This document shows positions 1 through 10,976 of a stretch of DNA of 64,000 nucleotides, in pieces. The notes beneath the pieces were generated by a model. That model was not told the DNA's origin and made no database searches. It was given only the letters and a program-made list of their open reading frames with translations. The DNA is from Octopus vulgaris (taxonomy: Eukaryota). Every line of letters begins with the position of its first letter. Positions within the stretch are counted from its first letter, which is position 1. The stretch covers positions 32,736,001 to 32,800,000 of the forward strand of contig OX597835.1 in assembly GCA_951406725.2 (NCBI GenBank), given 5' to 3'. Both the position numbers and the translations under genes were made by a program.

Positions 1-76
1 AAAACACGTTGCCGAGAATCGAACTCACGGCCTTCCGAACATGAACCGAATATCAAACCACTAAGCCACGCGCCTC
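1..76 (-). mobile_element. tRNA-derived SINE head (cut by window edge)
   Basis: Reverse complement GAGGCGCGTGGCTTAGTGG...GTGAGTTCGATTCTCGG has Pol III A-box and B-box; similar to the head at 60252. Confidence 0.6.
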
Positions 77-338
77 GTGCAAATATTCCAAGAGTCCAAG
101 TTGTTCTTCGGCGTAAATTTCTTTTGAGTCAATAAAATATTTCTTTGCATTGAACCCACGTTTAAGTGCTATCAGCCACATCAGAACCCAGCTGCACTTA
201 TGGATTTTTGTATACGCGTTTACTTTTCCCAAGAAGGAAGTTATATGGGGAACTCGAGGTCCTTCACTGCCAGTGGTTCACATGCCAGTGGTTCACATGC
301 CAGTTAACCCATACGTAGGACCAGGTGTTAATATTCCG

Positions 339-938
339 GGCGGTGAGCTGGCAGAAACGTTAGCACGCCGGGGGAAATGCTTAACGATATTTCATCTGCC
401 GCTACGCTCTGAGTTCAAATTCCACCGAGGTCGGCTTTGCCTTCCATCCTTTCGGGGTCGATAAATTAAGTACCAGTTACGCACTGGGGTCGATGTACTC
501 GATTTGATCCGTTTGTCTGTCCTTGTTTGTCCTCTCTATGTTTAGCCCCTTGTGGGTAGGAAAGAAAAAGATATTTCGTCTGCCGCTACGCTCTGAGTTC
601 AAATTCCGCCAAGGTCGACTTTGTTTTTCATCCTTTCGAGGTCGATAAATTAAGTACCAGTTACGCACTGGCGTCGATGTACTCGATTTGATCCGTTTGT
701 CTGTCCTTGTTTGTCCCCTCTATGTTTAGCCCCTTGTGGGTAGGAAAGAAAAAGATATTTCGTCTGCCGTTATGCTCTGTGTTCAAACTCCGCCGAAATC
801 GACTTTGCCTTGCATCCTTTCGAGATCGATTAAATAAGTACCAGTTACGCACTGGGGTCGATGTAATCGACTAAATCTCTTTGTTTGTCCTTGTTTGTCC
901 CCCCTATGTTTAGCCCCCCTGCGGACAAAAAAGAAATA
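339..938 (+). mobile_element. SINE family A (Meta-domain-like core), head plus three tandem ~184-bp bodies
   Basis: Head GGCGGTGAGCTGGCAGAAACGTTAGC; core CCTTCCATCCTTTCGGGGTCGATAAATTAAGTACCAG repeated with a 184-bp period (ORFs at 477 and 661); possible TSD AATATTCC at 330-337 and 939-946. Confidence 0.8.
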
Positions 939-1481
939 AATATTCCCGGTCAGATAAGACACTGGGACAATAGTGGCTAAGAAGTGGTTCCACATACCCC
1001 AAAACACTGGAACTCCATCAGAAAGTCCCCACTACCGTACACGGTTTAAAGTAATATGTATGTATTTATAAACATCCATCCAGCCATTCACCCAACCATC
1101 CAACCATTCATTCATCCATACACACATTTATTCATTCATTCATTCATACGTACATGCCTACATACACGTATACTTACATACATAAATACATGCATACATA
1201 TATACATAAAATACATACGCAGGAATATGATATTTACCCCCATTATTTTAGATGGAAGTAATTTGAAAAATTAAATTGACATGAATAGAATGGTGCTAAA
1301 TGTAACAGTTTCGGAGCCAGAAAATTAATTTTGTATTAGAAACAAAAGAAAATTTACGGATAAATTTATCACAACCTAACTGAAGTTTATTTGTTTCCTG
1401 GTATTTTTCCTACCTAAATTTACAGAGCTGGATTTACCGAAAATTTATTTCAGATTCTTCACTATTACATACACACAAACA

Positions 1482-1537
<56 letters not shown>

Positions 1538-2781
1538 GAAATATGGCGCTCCTCAAATTTAACCTTTGAACGTTGGTATTTATCTCTTTGCCTCTCTTGA
1601 TGCAAAAACAAAAGCGAAAAAAGATAAAAGTATAAGAAAAAGAGAATCTAAGCAATATAGATTCGTTGGCTATCAGTGTTCGATGCAACAACAGTTAAAT
1701 TGTAAAAGTCAAAAATAAGCAACCATTCTGAAATGTTACACCTCGAAGGCTGCTAAGTTTGTACTTGGAGATGAAGCAGTGTTTATGACTTAATAATCCT
1801 AGGTTTTGTTGGGTGATTTATTATTTTTGTTTTGCTGGGTTTTACTATCGATTGTCTTTGGTCGGCATTCCACCAGATTATGAATCTAAAAGACTACAAG
1901 CTGAAGATTTATTACCGTTTATACAAACGATGTTGACTAAATGGGAAGAAATAATAATAAAATTTGATCTACACCAAAAGAATGTCTGATGGATATCACA
2001 TGGTTTCCTACGTTTAAATTCGCTCTTGTGTATTTGAGAAGTGTAATAGAAGATTTGTTATGCTCGTATAGAATATCTTGTTCACTGTGGAGTGTTTCAG
2101 AGGACGAGTCAATTATGGTATGTCTTTATGAAAGATTTCCTATCCCTACCTATTAAAATGCTCACGCAGGCACACACCATTCACACATACTTACACATTC
2201 ACACACCCAAACAAAGATACACACGAATACACACGCAGTTGCACATATACACGCACCTCTCACACACTCTAACGTGAGGATGGAAAGAAGGTCCTGGTCG
2301 CATGTCAAGATGGTGCGTAGAAAGAAACAAATGCTTCTTTGGTCTTCACACTGCAGTGCTTGATATGAATCTGATTTAAACTCATTTTAAAAGATTAAAA
2401 TCAATAGGATTTTTAGCACTTCAGTGTAAAGTTGTATACAAAGAGAGAATGGAAGATGTGAAAAATTAACGCTCATTTTAACCAAACTCTTTTAAAACGT
2501 ACAAACAAATGGATCCTGGTAAAAATGTGACAAGCCTTTCTTTTCAATATAGCTGCAAGTGAGGCTGTGTGATAAGAAACTTCTTTCCCTACCACATGGT
2601 TCCGTGTTCATTCCTTCTCCAAGACACCTTGGGTAACTGGTTTCTACTACAGTATATACGTATAAATGGCAGTATATACGTATAAATAAATTGTTGAACC
2701 TATCTGAAATTCTCCTTAACATTTTAAAATACTTTTGCGTCTCGTCTCTTATCATATATGTATGTATATATTTATGTATGC

Positions 2782-2869
<88 letters not shown>

Positions 2870-3095
2870 TGGTGTATTGAAATGAATTATCTAGTTACGG
2901 ATTATTCAAAATTTAACCGATGGACCTAGAAAAAAAAACAAAAGACAAACATGAAGAAAAAAACGGTTGAGGGCTACGACTATGGGTACACACATCGCAA
3001 CATATGTGCATACATATATACATACATACATAAATAATATGATATATATATATATTTAGTGAAGGGAAGAAATGGAGCTGAACGAAGATTCTACA

Positions 3096-3205
3096 AAATT
3101 CCTTTTTATTATTTTCTACACATGTTTCAAAGGCTGCAAATTTCCAAATTCGGATTGAATAAGGAGACCATTTTGCAGCTTTCTCTTCAGGAAAAACAGG
3201 AATTT
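3096..3205 (-). ncRNA. Type I hammerhead ribozyme (left arm)
   Basis: Mirror copy of 4849-4958. Confidence 0.8.
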
Positions 3206-3799
3206 AAATCTCCAAACAAATGCGCAGCAAGCTATTCGAACAAAACGCTCCCTAGGAGCCCATGGTAAGGCACTAAACTGTCTCTCAATGTGCGTTGACG
3301 TCAGGGTGGGTGAAGGCCGACGAAAAAATCCGTTGGAATAAATCGAGGTCAAACTGCGGTTAAATTTGGTAGGGGAAGAATTCCGGAAAACCAAAGAGTG
3401 TGAATATATTCTGTATAACTAATGTTAATGTTCGAATTGTTTTAAGAATGAAAGCTATCTTATTTGGGTGTGAGAAACTACTTACATGTATGTGTGTGTG
3501 CGCCTGTGTATGTGTGGCAGTATGTTAGGAAGCAGCTAGAGGGAAGATATATTGCAGATATTGTAGGTCAAGCGGCTGATAAAAGCCTGTGTCTGTGTGT
3601 TCGTCTGTGGTCAGTTTATACACAGATGACATGTCAAAAGGGGAGTATAATCCCTGATATTGTTTCTAAATAAGTAGCAGATCATATGCTAAAAGGGGAG
3701 TAATTTCCCTTTACAAATTTATTTCAAAATTTTTTCCAAATTTTTTCCAAAATTTTTTTTCTTTTTCTTAGGACAGCAAGGTGTTAATTATCTTAGGCT

Positions 3800-4285
3800 T
3801 CAATTGTATGCAAGAAATGTGTGCCGCCTCCAGTGGGAACATCTGGAAGAGTTTTGCAAAATCGCGTTAACTAGCTGCCCTCGGGCGAACAAAATGTTTA
3901 AAAGTTCAGAGTTGCAGAGATTACAGATTCTTTTGCCTCTATCAAACGGTGCAGACACCGATAAAATCGACCATTCCAGTCTAAATGCTGAATTCGCGTT
4001 CTTCAAACGCCAGATTAATTTACTCAGTCCGGTCGCGTGTTGTTTTCTAAAATCGCGAAATGTTGTGAAGTGGTTCGATATTCTCACGGCCAATTTTGAT
4101 GATGACGCTCCGATATACAAGTAGACATCTGATTCAGTATAAACTCTGCATTGGTAAATGGCATTTCTAATCTTGGAATTGCTAGATAAGAACCTTATTC
4201 TATTGGGATTGGCTTCAGATATTAATACGGCGTTCTTATTACTATGATGATTGCGAGAACTGCGGCTGTCTTCGACATTATACAC
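3800..4285 (-). CDS. GIY-YIG endonuclease domain of PLE type (GTG start; RT absent)
   Basis: AIYQCRV...YLYIGAS...VRISNH...TGLSKLIWRLK...LEWSIL...CNLCNSE...LVN...RCSH: GIY-YIG Y/YIG/R/E/N motifs plus the PLE-type CxLC and C-x-H tail; no internal stops. Confidence 0.85.
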   Translation of the reverse strand: MYNVEDSRSSRNHHSNKNAVLISEANPNRIRFLSSNSKIRNAIYQCRVYTESDVYLYIGASSSKLAVRISNHFTTFRDFRKQHATGLSKLIWRLKNANSAFRLEWSILSVSAPFDRGKRICNLCNSELLNILFARGQLVNAILQNSSRCSHWRRHTFLAYN

Positions 4286-4848
4286 CCCATTATCAATACT
4301 ATTTAATGGAATATCACCTGTATATTCCCTGTATATTTACCTGTATATTTACTCCCCTTTTAGCGTGTGATCTGCTACTTATTTAGAAACAATATCAGGG
4401 ATTATACTCCCCTTGTTTGACATGTTATCTGTGTATAAACTGACCACAGACGAACACACAGACACAGGCTTTTATCAGCCGCTTGACCTACAATATCTGC
4501 AATATATCTTCCCTCTAGCTGCTTCCTAACATACTGCCACACATACACAGGCGCACACACACATACATGTAAGTAGTTTCTCACACCCAAATAAGATAGC
4601 TTTCATTCTTAAAACAATTCGAACATTAACATTAGTTATACAGAATATATTCACACTCTTTGGTTTTCCGGAATTCTTCCCCTACCAAATTTAACCGCAG
4701 TTTGACCTCGATTTATTCCAACGGATTTTTTCGTCGGCCTTCACCCACCCTGACGTCAACGCACATTGAGAGACAGTTTAGTGCCTTACCATGGGCTCCT
4801 AGGGAGCGTTTTGTTCGAATAGCTTGCTGCGCATTTGTTTGGAGATTT

Positions 4849-4958
4849 AAATTCCTGTTTTTCCTGAAGAGAAAGCTGCAAAATGGTCTCCTTATTCAAT
4901 CCGAATTTGGAAATTTGCAGCCTTTGAAACATGTGTAGAAAATAATAAAAAGGAATTT
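4849..4958 (+). ncRNA. Type I hammerhead ribozyme (right arm)
   Basis: Stem I TTTTC/GAAAA with distal AAATTCCT/AGGAATTT; core CTGAAGA (4864-4870); stem II GAAAGCTGCAAA/TTTGCAGCCTTT; GAAAC (4926-4930); short stem III containing palindrome ACATGT; cleavage triplet GTA (4935-4937). Confidence 0.85.
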
Positions 4959-4995
4959 TGTAGAATCTTCGTTCAGCTCCATTTCTTCCCTTCAC

Positions 4996-5046
<51 letters not shown>

Positions 5047-5099
5047 GTATGTATGTATATATGTATGTACACATATGTATGTATGTGTGTATGTATGAT

Positions 5100-5288
5100 A
5101 GATCGGTAGCCACTACACAACTTTTTTCTCTCCATGTTTCTCTCCTTGTTTTTTTTTTCTATGTCCATGTCTGTAGAAGAGCGTAGGCTCGAAACGTAAA
5201 ATACTTTTTCAATTCCTGAGCGTTATACTAATACATCTGTTTGTTTTCTACACCACCCATCTTCGTATTTTTTTTTTTGAACTCTTCC

Positions 5289-5292
<4 letters not shown>
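5100..5292 (+). mobile_element. Short PLE pLTR-like element with hammerhead-like motif, ending in (TA)n
   Basis: CTGTAGAAGAGCGTAGGCTCGAAACGTA; same element at ~19900-20090 (-) and ~46153-46388 (+). Confidence 0.6.
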
Positions 5293-5339
<47 letters not shown>

Positions 5340-5340
<1 letters not shown>

Positions 5341-5484
5341 TTTATTTTAAGCAGCAGAAAATTCAACAAAATCTGTTACTCTGAGTTTCTCTTGCCCCGT
5401 TGCTGATGAACGGCAACGAGAAACTATATTTTGTTGATAAAATAAAGCATATTACTACCACTATTTGATACTACCTTGTTTCAC

Positions 5485-5488
<4 letters not shown>
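5340..5488. mobile_element. Head-to-head pLTR fragments with hammerhead core
   Basis: GTTTCTCTTGCCCCGTT...CTGATGAACGGCAACGAGAAAC; left part is the reverse complement of the element at 7779-7850; (TA)n on both sides. Confidence 0.55.
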
Positions 5489-5524
<36 letters not shown>

Positions 5525-5599
5525 GTAGAAAAGTTTCTTTGTGTATTGTTTTGGCATTAATCAGAAGTGCTCAGATAAGAGACCCGAGACGCAAAAGTA

Positions 5600-6095
5600 T
5601 TTTAAAATGTTAAGGAGAATTTCAGATAGGTTCACCAATTTATTTATACATATATTCTGCCATAGATCAATGCACATAAGTCTTTAAAAAATACTAATGT
5701 ATCAGTGGTTAAAATATTACAACATATTAAATATTCATGAGTACACAAATATATAAAGATCTAATATACATATAAATATATAAATAGATGTGTGTAAATA
5801 GGTAAGAACGGCTCTTCGGAAGACTTTGATTTATTCACCTTTTTGTAAGGGCATACTTTCATTCTTAACAATTTTTACAACGCCCCGTTCTAACCTACTT
5901 ACACCAATGTATTTATATATGCATATTAGGTTTTTGTTACATATTTGTGTATTCATAAATTTTTAAAATGTTTTAATATTTTAATAACTTTAATATACAT
6001 TGGTATATTTCAAACACTGATATGCATTGATCTATGGCAGAATATATGTATAAATAAATTGTTGAGCCTATCTGGAATTCTCCTTAAAATTTAAT
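5600..6095. repeat. Imperfect fold-back (~200-bp arms) between (TA)n tracts
   Basis: TTAAGGAGAATTTCAGATAGGTTCACCAATTTATTTATACATATATTCTGCCATAGATCAATGCA mirrored at ~6022-6087; another copy of the arm at ~2668-2753. Confidence 0.75.
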
Positions 6096-6128
6096 ATATA
6101 TATATATACATACATACATATATATATA

Positions 6129-6524
6129 CTAGCAGTATCGCCCGGCGTTGCTCGGGTTTGTAAGGGAAATAACTATATAAGCATTTTTAGAGAGTTATAG
6201 CCAAAAAATAGGAAAAAAATGCATTAAAAATAGAAAAAAAATTAAGTAAATTTCTTTTTAAATCGTTGACACATCGTAGATATTTTTAGAGAGTTACTTC
6301 CCTTACATAATAGCCAAAAAAATGCATTAAAATGGAAAAATATGATGGTAAATTTTTTTAAATCGTAGACTCATCGTAGACGCGCGCTAATACCCAGAAG
6401 GGCTCGATATGAATCACGACTATAAGATACCCGGTTTTGGTTACACTGCACCGCAAAATGTGGGAGTCGTTACGAATCTAAATCGTAGGAGACAGACACA
6501 CAACTTCACTCTTATATATAAAGA
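6129..6524 (-). mobile_element. Non-autonomous Helitron
   Basis: Minus strand starts TC, ends with hairpin CCCGAGCAACGCCGGG then CTAG, inserted between A and T; relatives at 33071 and 44473. Confidence 0.8.
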
Positions 6525-6632
6525 TATAAGTCACGTAGTTATATACACATACTTTGTTATATACACATTCTTAAAAGAAAATGTTATTTTGAATACAACA
6601 TTTATAAAGAATAAAATATTTTTTGGTTTTTC

Positions 6633-7330
6633 TTAACCCTTTCGTTACTATATTTCTGACCAAATTACACCCCTTATGTGTTTCAATTAATTTCTAACGT
6701 AATCATAAATTTAGTCTGGTTTCATTAAACAACTATAACTTTTTTATTTATCAATATATTAATCTGATTTTTGGAAGATAATTTAATGAAATATTCTCAA
6801 CCAATTATACACTATAATTTTTGTCACAAAGTGACTCTAATTGCAGGTAGATACAGGTAAATTCAACAATATATAAAATTACTAAAATTTTGTTCAAACA
6901 TTGCTATAGAAAATGGGTTATTAGCTAATATTCAATTGGGTATACAACAAAATTTTACGATAGAATTTGTTATTCTGGGTAACTTTCTGATACCCATAAT
7001 AATATTTATGGCAAAATAGGCCTTAATTTAATTTAAGGTTGTGGGAAATAAACTATCCTTTCTTTCGCTTTGTTTACGTTTAGCGTAATGATTTCAAATA
7101 GGCTCATTCGAAAAAGTAAAAAGAAATAGTTTAAGGCTTTATACTCTTCTGGGAAAGTCTGTGGCTTGGTGCAGTTTCTTCAGAAAAATCACCGAAAGAA
7201 ACAGTTTTTAAATTTTCACTCCATTCAGGTACCAATTCATTTTCTTAATCGCTGTCGGATTCACTGTTTTCACTTTAATAGCTGCCAACTTGCAAAGACA
7301 AAGGAGGAGAAGGGTGATAGCGTCAGTGAA
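6633..7330 (-). mobile_element. piggyBac-like transposon remnant
   Basis: TTAA-CCCTTTCGTTAC terminus at 6633; minus strand ~7070-7270 reads SENSESDSD*ENELVPEWSENLKTVSFGDFSEETAPSHRL..ALNYF, resembling piggyBac transposase N-termini. Confidence 0.5.
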
Positions 7331-7613
7331 ACAGTCGCTCCCTTTGTGTGTGTGTGCGTTTGCGTGTGGTGTATCCCACATTAAGAAAAACATTTGACAT
7401 ATACACCAGAATGTGAGTTTTCTCTAAATTTTGCTTAATTGGGGTTGAAATTTTAAAAACCGGACCTGGCATGACCCGATGCATTCTACTCTTAAAAATG
7501 CTAGGTAAATTGTAATTGAAGAAATCCTATATTGTAGATTTCTATAACTTACAAAGGGAGGCAGATAAAATCTGCCTTTTATAATAAGATATATATATAT
7601 ATATATGTATGCA

Positions 7614-7727
<114 letters not shown>

Positions 7728-7778
7728 GTATGTATGTATATATATATATATATATATATATGATCTCAACTTGCTCAC

Positions 7779-7820
7779 AACTGCCCGACGAACGGGAACA
7801 TGAAACTCTGAGTAGCAGTT
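7779..7820 (+). ncRNA. Minimal hammerhead-like motif (variant core)
   Basis: Stem I AACTGC/GCAGTT; core CCGACGA; stem II ACG-GGAA-CAT; GAAAC; stem III ACTC-T-GAGT; cleavage GTA. Confidence 0.6.
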
Positions 7821-8029
7821 TTTCTAATATTTCTGCACCTTTATAAGCAGCATAGTACTAGTTTTCCCACTTTCTTTTGCATCACAAGATGAGGACAAAT
7901 ATCTGTCAAATGTAAATAATGTGCATTATTCCTTATCTTTCAAACTGCAAGTCTGAGGTTATATTTTTTGTATTTAATTATAGTTGTGATGTTTATATAT
8001 TTGTTTATACAACAATGACACCCTTGTAA

Positions 8030-8530
8030 TCAAGTGAAGACTCGGCAAAGCCAAGAATGCTGTGATATCGGTAAACAGCATGTGGGAAAATAAGACCAGT
8101 TCCATACGAACAAAACAAAGCAACTCCTCAATTCATTGGTATTAAGTACAGCCAGCTAAGGAGCTGAATGCTGGATTATTTGGAAAATTGATAAAAGGGA
8201 AAAGTGAAGCATTTGAATAATGGTGTTTTAGACGCATTCTCAGAATAATCTGGGAGCATAAAACAGCCAATGAGTGAGTCCTTACCAAGATAAAATTCTT
8301 GGAAAGAGTTAAATACTACCGGAAAAAGCAAAATGAACATTTGTCGGTCATCACTTAGAAAACAAGACCTTGTTAATCCCGGTTAACAGATGCGGTATAT
8401 GAAGAAAAAAAAAAGAGGAAGCCCCAAAACTAGGTTTAGCGATAATAGCAAAGGAGCTAGAAGCAAATGTTTTTTCAGAAATATGCAGACTGGCACAGAG
8501 CAGGTATAGGTAGATGGGGCTGCAGAGGCA
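8030..8530 (+). pseudogene. RTE-clade LINE ORF C-terminal fragment
   Basis: Reads AKNAV..MWENK..LLNSLV..GAECW..EAFE*WCFRRILRIIWEHKTANE*VL; multiple stops and frameshifts. Confidence 0.7.
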
Positions 8531-8609
8531 CAATTATTTGAGGTATTCTTTTAAAAAAAAAGACTTCCGCTTTTCAGTTAGTTCTGTAGTGTATTTGTTT
8601 GCGTCAGTA

Positions 8610-9492
8610 AATGAAGGGGTGCCCAAAAGAAACCTGAATTTCGCAATATTATGTTTTATACATTTTTAAATATTTACACTTTTATCGCCTTCAAAGTATT
8701 CTCCATTTGAAGCAATGCATCGTTCCAAGCGCGTTTTCTACTATTCGAAGAAGTCCTGGAACTACCTCTTCCATTGTTTGTATTCTTCACCTCCCGCAAA
8801 TTTGAAAATTTCGTAGCAAAATCACCTTCAATTTCCAACTGTTCTAAAATCCGGATCAATTTCCAACTGTTCTTTCAGTTCACGACACGCATTCAATCGT
8901 GAATGCTATTGATCTTCCGTGAGAAAGTGAGGCACAAATTTTGCTCTAACTCTTTTCATTCGTAATTCCTCGCTCAAAATTCGTTGGCACGAGCTCCAGG
9001 ACACTCCAGTCATATCAACATTCTCGTCAATTATTCGCTGATGGTCCTCCAAGACCAGTTTGTTAATTTTCCTGATGATTTTATTCGTTCGAGAGGTCAC
9101 CGGTCGCCCTGAACGAAGTTGGTCATCAAACGACTTCTGACCATTCCTAAAGCATGGGAACCACTCGTAAGCTTGCGTTTTGCTCATAGCAACGGCCTTG
9201 TAAGCTGTTAGGAACATGACAACTGTTTCGGCCTCAGTTTTTCTCAGCAGAAAGCAGAATTTTACGGAAGTACACCGTTCCTTCGTTTCAGCCACCGCAA
9301 AAATCGATGAACAGGGAAGAAACACTGCAAGATAAAGACGCACCACGTGGCAGTACGATTTCACTCGATGACTCTGGATGGCATACTGATGCATGAGGAT
9401 CGCATCAAGCGACTCCTAGCTGCAGAAGCCTGAACTATAACGAGCTTATCCAACAGAGAACGTTTCTGATTTCTTTTGGGTATCTTCTCGTA
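8610..9492 (-). mobile_element. Mariner transposon, internally deleted, both TIRs degenerate
   Basis: N-terminal HTH region in ORF 8906-9394 (KFCF..YEWF..RSGRP..KFVPHFLTEDQ) joined to C-terminus ..RLERCIASNGEYFEGD; TIR-like CCCAAAAGAAAC (8622) and TTTCTTTTGGG (9470). Confidence 0.85.
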
Positions 9493-9719
9493 TATGAATA
9501 TTCGCCATTTTAGCCCTTGATTTTTATTCACCATTTTAGCCCCCGATCTCCTAATCCTATGTATGAGTCTGGGTTTAGCTTCATTGTATCTATTGTGTCT
9601 TATATCCATATTAAAGTTTACAAGAGTCTTATATTTAATTACATCCAGATTAAATTTTTAGTTTATTAGCATTGGTTCATCAAAACTATAGCGATATGCA
9701 GAATTTAATTAAGTGCATT

Positions 9720-10210
9720 AGATAATAGCCAGGCAAGGCATTAATGCTGGAGATGTAAGAATTTCATGTGACATTTCCCAGAGTGACTCACTATCACTCT
9801 GTATCACTCTTTTTGTCTAGCCTTAGTACCTCTCTTGAAATTGCTCAATGATGTACAGTACGGTTATAAAATGTTTGATAAAAATATAAATCATCTCATT
9901 TACATGGAGGAATTAAAGCGCTTTGCAAAAAAATGGCCAACAACTACAGGGCTTACTAGCAATTGTTAAGCAATTCAGTGATGACATCAAAATGCAATCT
10001 GGCCTCGATAAATGGGCAAAAGCTACCTTTATCAAAGGAAAAATGACAGAAACCTCTAACATTAACCTTGACCAGCAGAATGCCATAAAGTAGTTAGAAC
10101 GAGCGGAGAGCTACAAATACGTAGAGGTATTTGAATGGGACGGAATCAAACATACAGTGATGAGGGAAAGGATCAGAAGAGAATGTTATCGCAGTGTAAG
10201 AGCAATACAC
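9720..10210 (+). pseudogene. R4/Dong-like non-LTR retrotransposon RT fragment
   Basis: QSDSLS..FCLALVPL..NHLIYMEELK..VKQFSDDIKMQSGLDK matches the QGDSLSP..HLLYMDDLK..FSxDIxMxFGLDK pattern. Confidence 0.75.
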
Positions 10211-10222
10211 AATATATATATA

Positions 10223-10492
10223 TTCTTTTACTCTTTTATTCTTTTACTTCTTTCAATCATTTGACTGAGGCCATGCTGGAGCATCACCTTTAGTCGAATA
10301 AAACGACTCCAGGACTTATTTTTTGTAAGCCTAGTACTTATACTATCGATTACTTTTTGCCAAAATGCTAAGTGACAGGGATGTAAACACTAAACACACC
10401 AACATCGGTTGTCAAGCGATGGTGGGGGTACAAACACTGACACAAACATCAAACACACACACACACACATATATATTATATGCATACATATA

Positions 10493-10562
<70 letters not shown>

Positions 10563-10749
10563 TATAATATATATATACATATATACGACGAGTTTCTTTC
10601 AGTTTCAGTGTACCAAATCCACTCACAAAGGCTTCGGTCGGCCTCAGGCTATAGTAAAACACACTTGCTCGAGGTGCCACGCAGTGGAATTGAGCCCGGA
10701 ACAATGTAGCTGGGAAGCAAGACTCTTAACACACAGCCACTCCTGCACC
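10223..10749 (-). mobile_element. SINE family B (tRNA head, CORE-like box, internal (TA)n(TG)n)
   Basis: Reverse complement of the consensus seen at 13492 and 34641. Confidence 0.8.
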
Positions 10750-10875
<126 letters not shown>

Positions 10876-10925
10876 TATAAGCACAAAGGACTATTCAATA
10901 ATAAATAATGCCCTGACTCTAATAA

Positions 10926-10974
<49 letters not shown>

Positions 10975-10976
<2 letters not shown>

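Larger units (their letters stand above)
3001..5077 (-). mobile_element. Penelope-like retroelement, 5'-truncated, with inverted pseudo-LTRs flanking a GIY-YIG ORF
   Basis: Arms ~3001-3703 and ~4349-5077 are reverse complements (identical ORF translations at 3059/4786 and 3116/4660); GIY-YIG ORF in the spacer; hammerhead in each arm; outer ends run into (TA)n. Confidence 0.9.

Noticed and set aside
339-938. Regularly spaced repeats as a CRISPR-like array
   Set aside because: Whole 184-bp units repeat with no unique spacers; no cas genes; eukaryotic SINE
4415-4460. SECIS-like hairpin (TCTGTG-TATAAACTGAC-CACAGA) in the PLE 3' region
   Set aside because: No proper AUGA/GA quartet spacing, stem too short, and no in-frame UGA in the ORF
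3059-4995. Duplicated 69-aa and 92-aa ORFs as genes, or the arms as DNA-transposon TIRs
   Set aside because: The ORFs are by-products of the inverted repeat; hammerheads and the PLE-type nuclease indicate pLTRs, and there is no transposase
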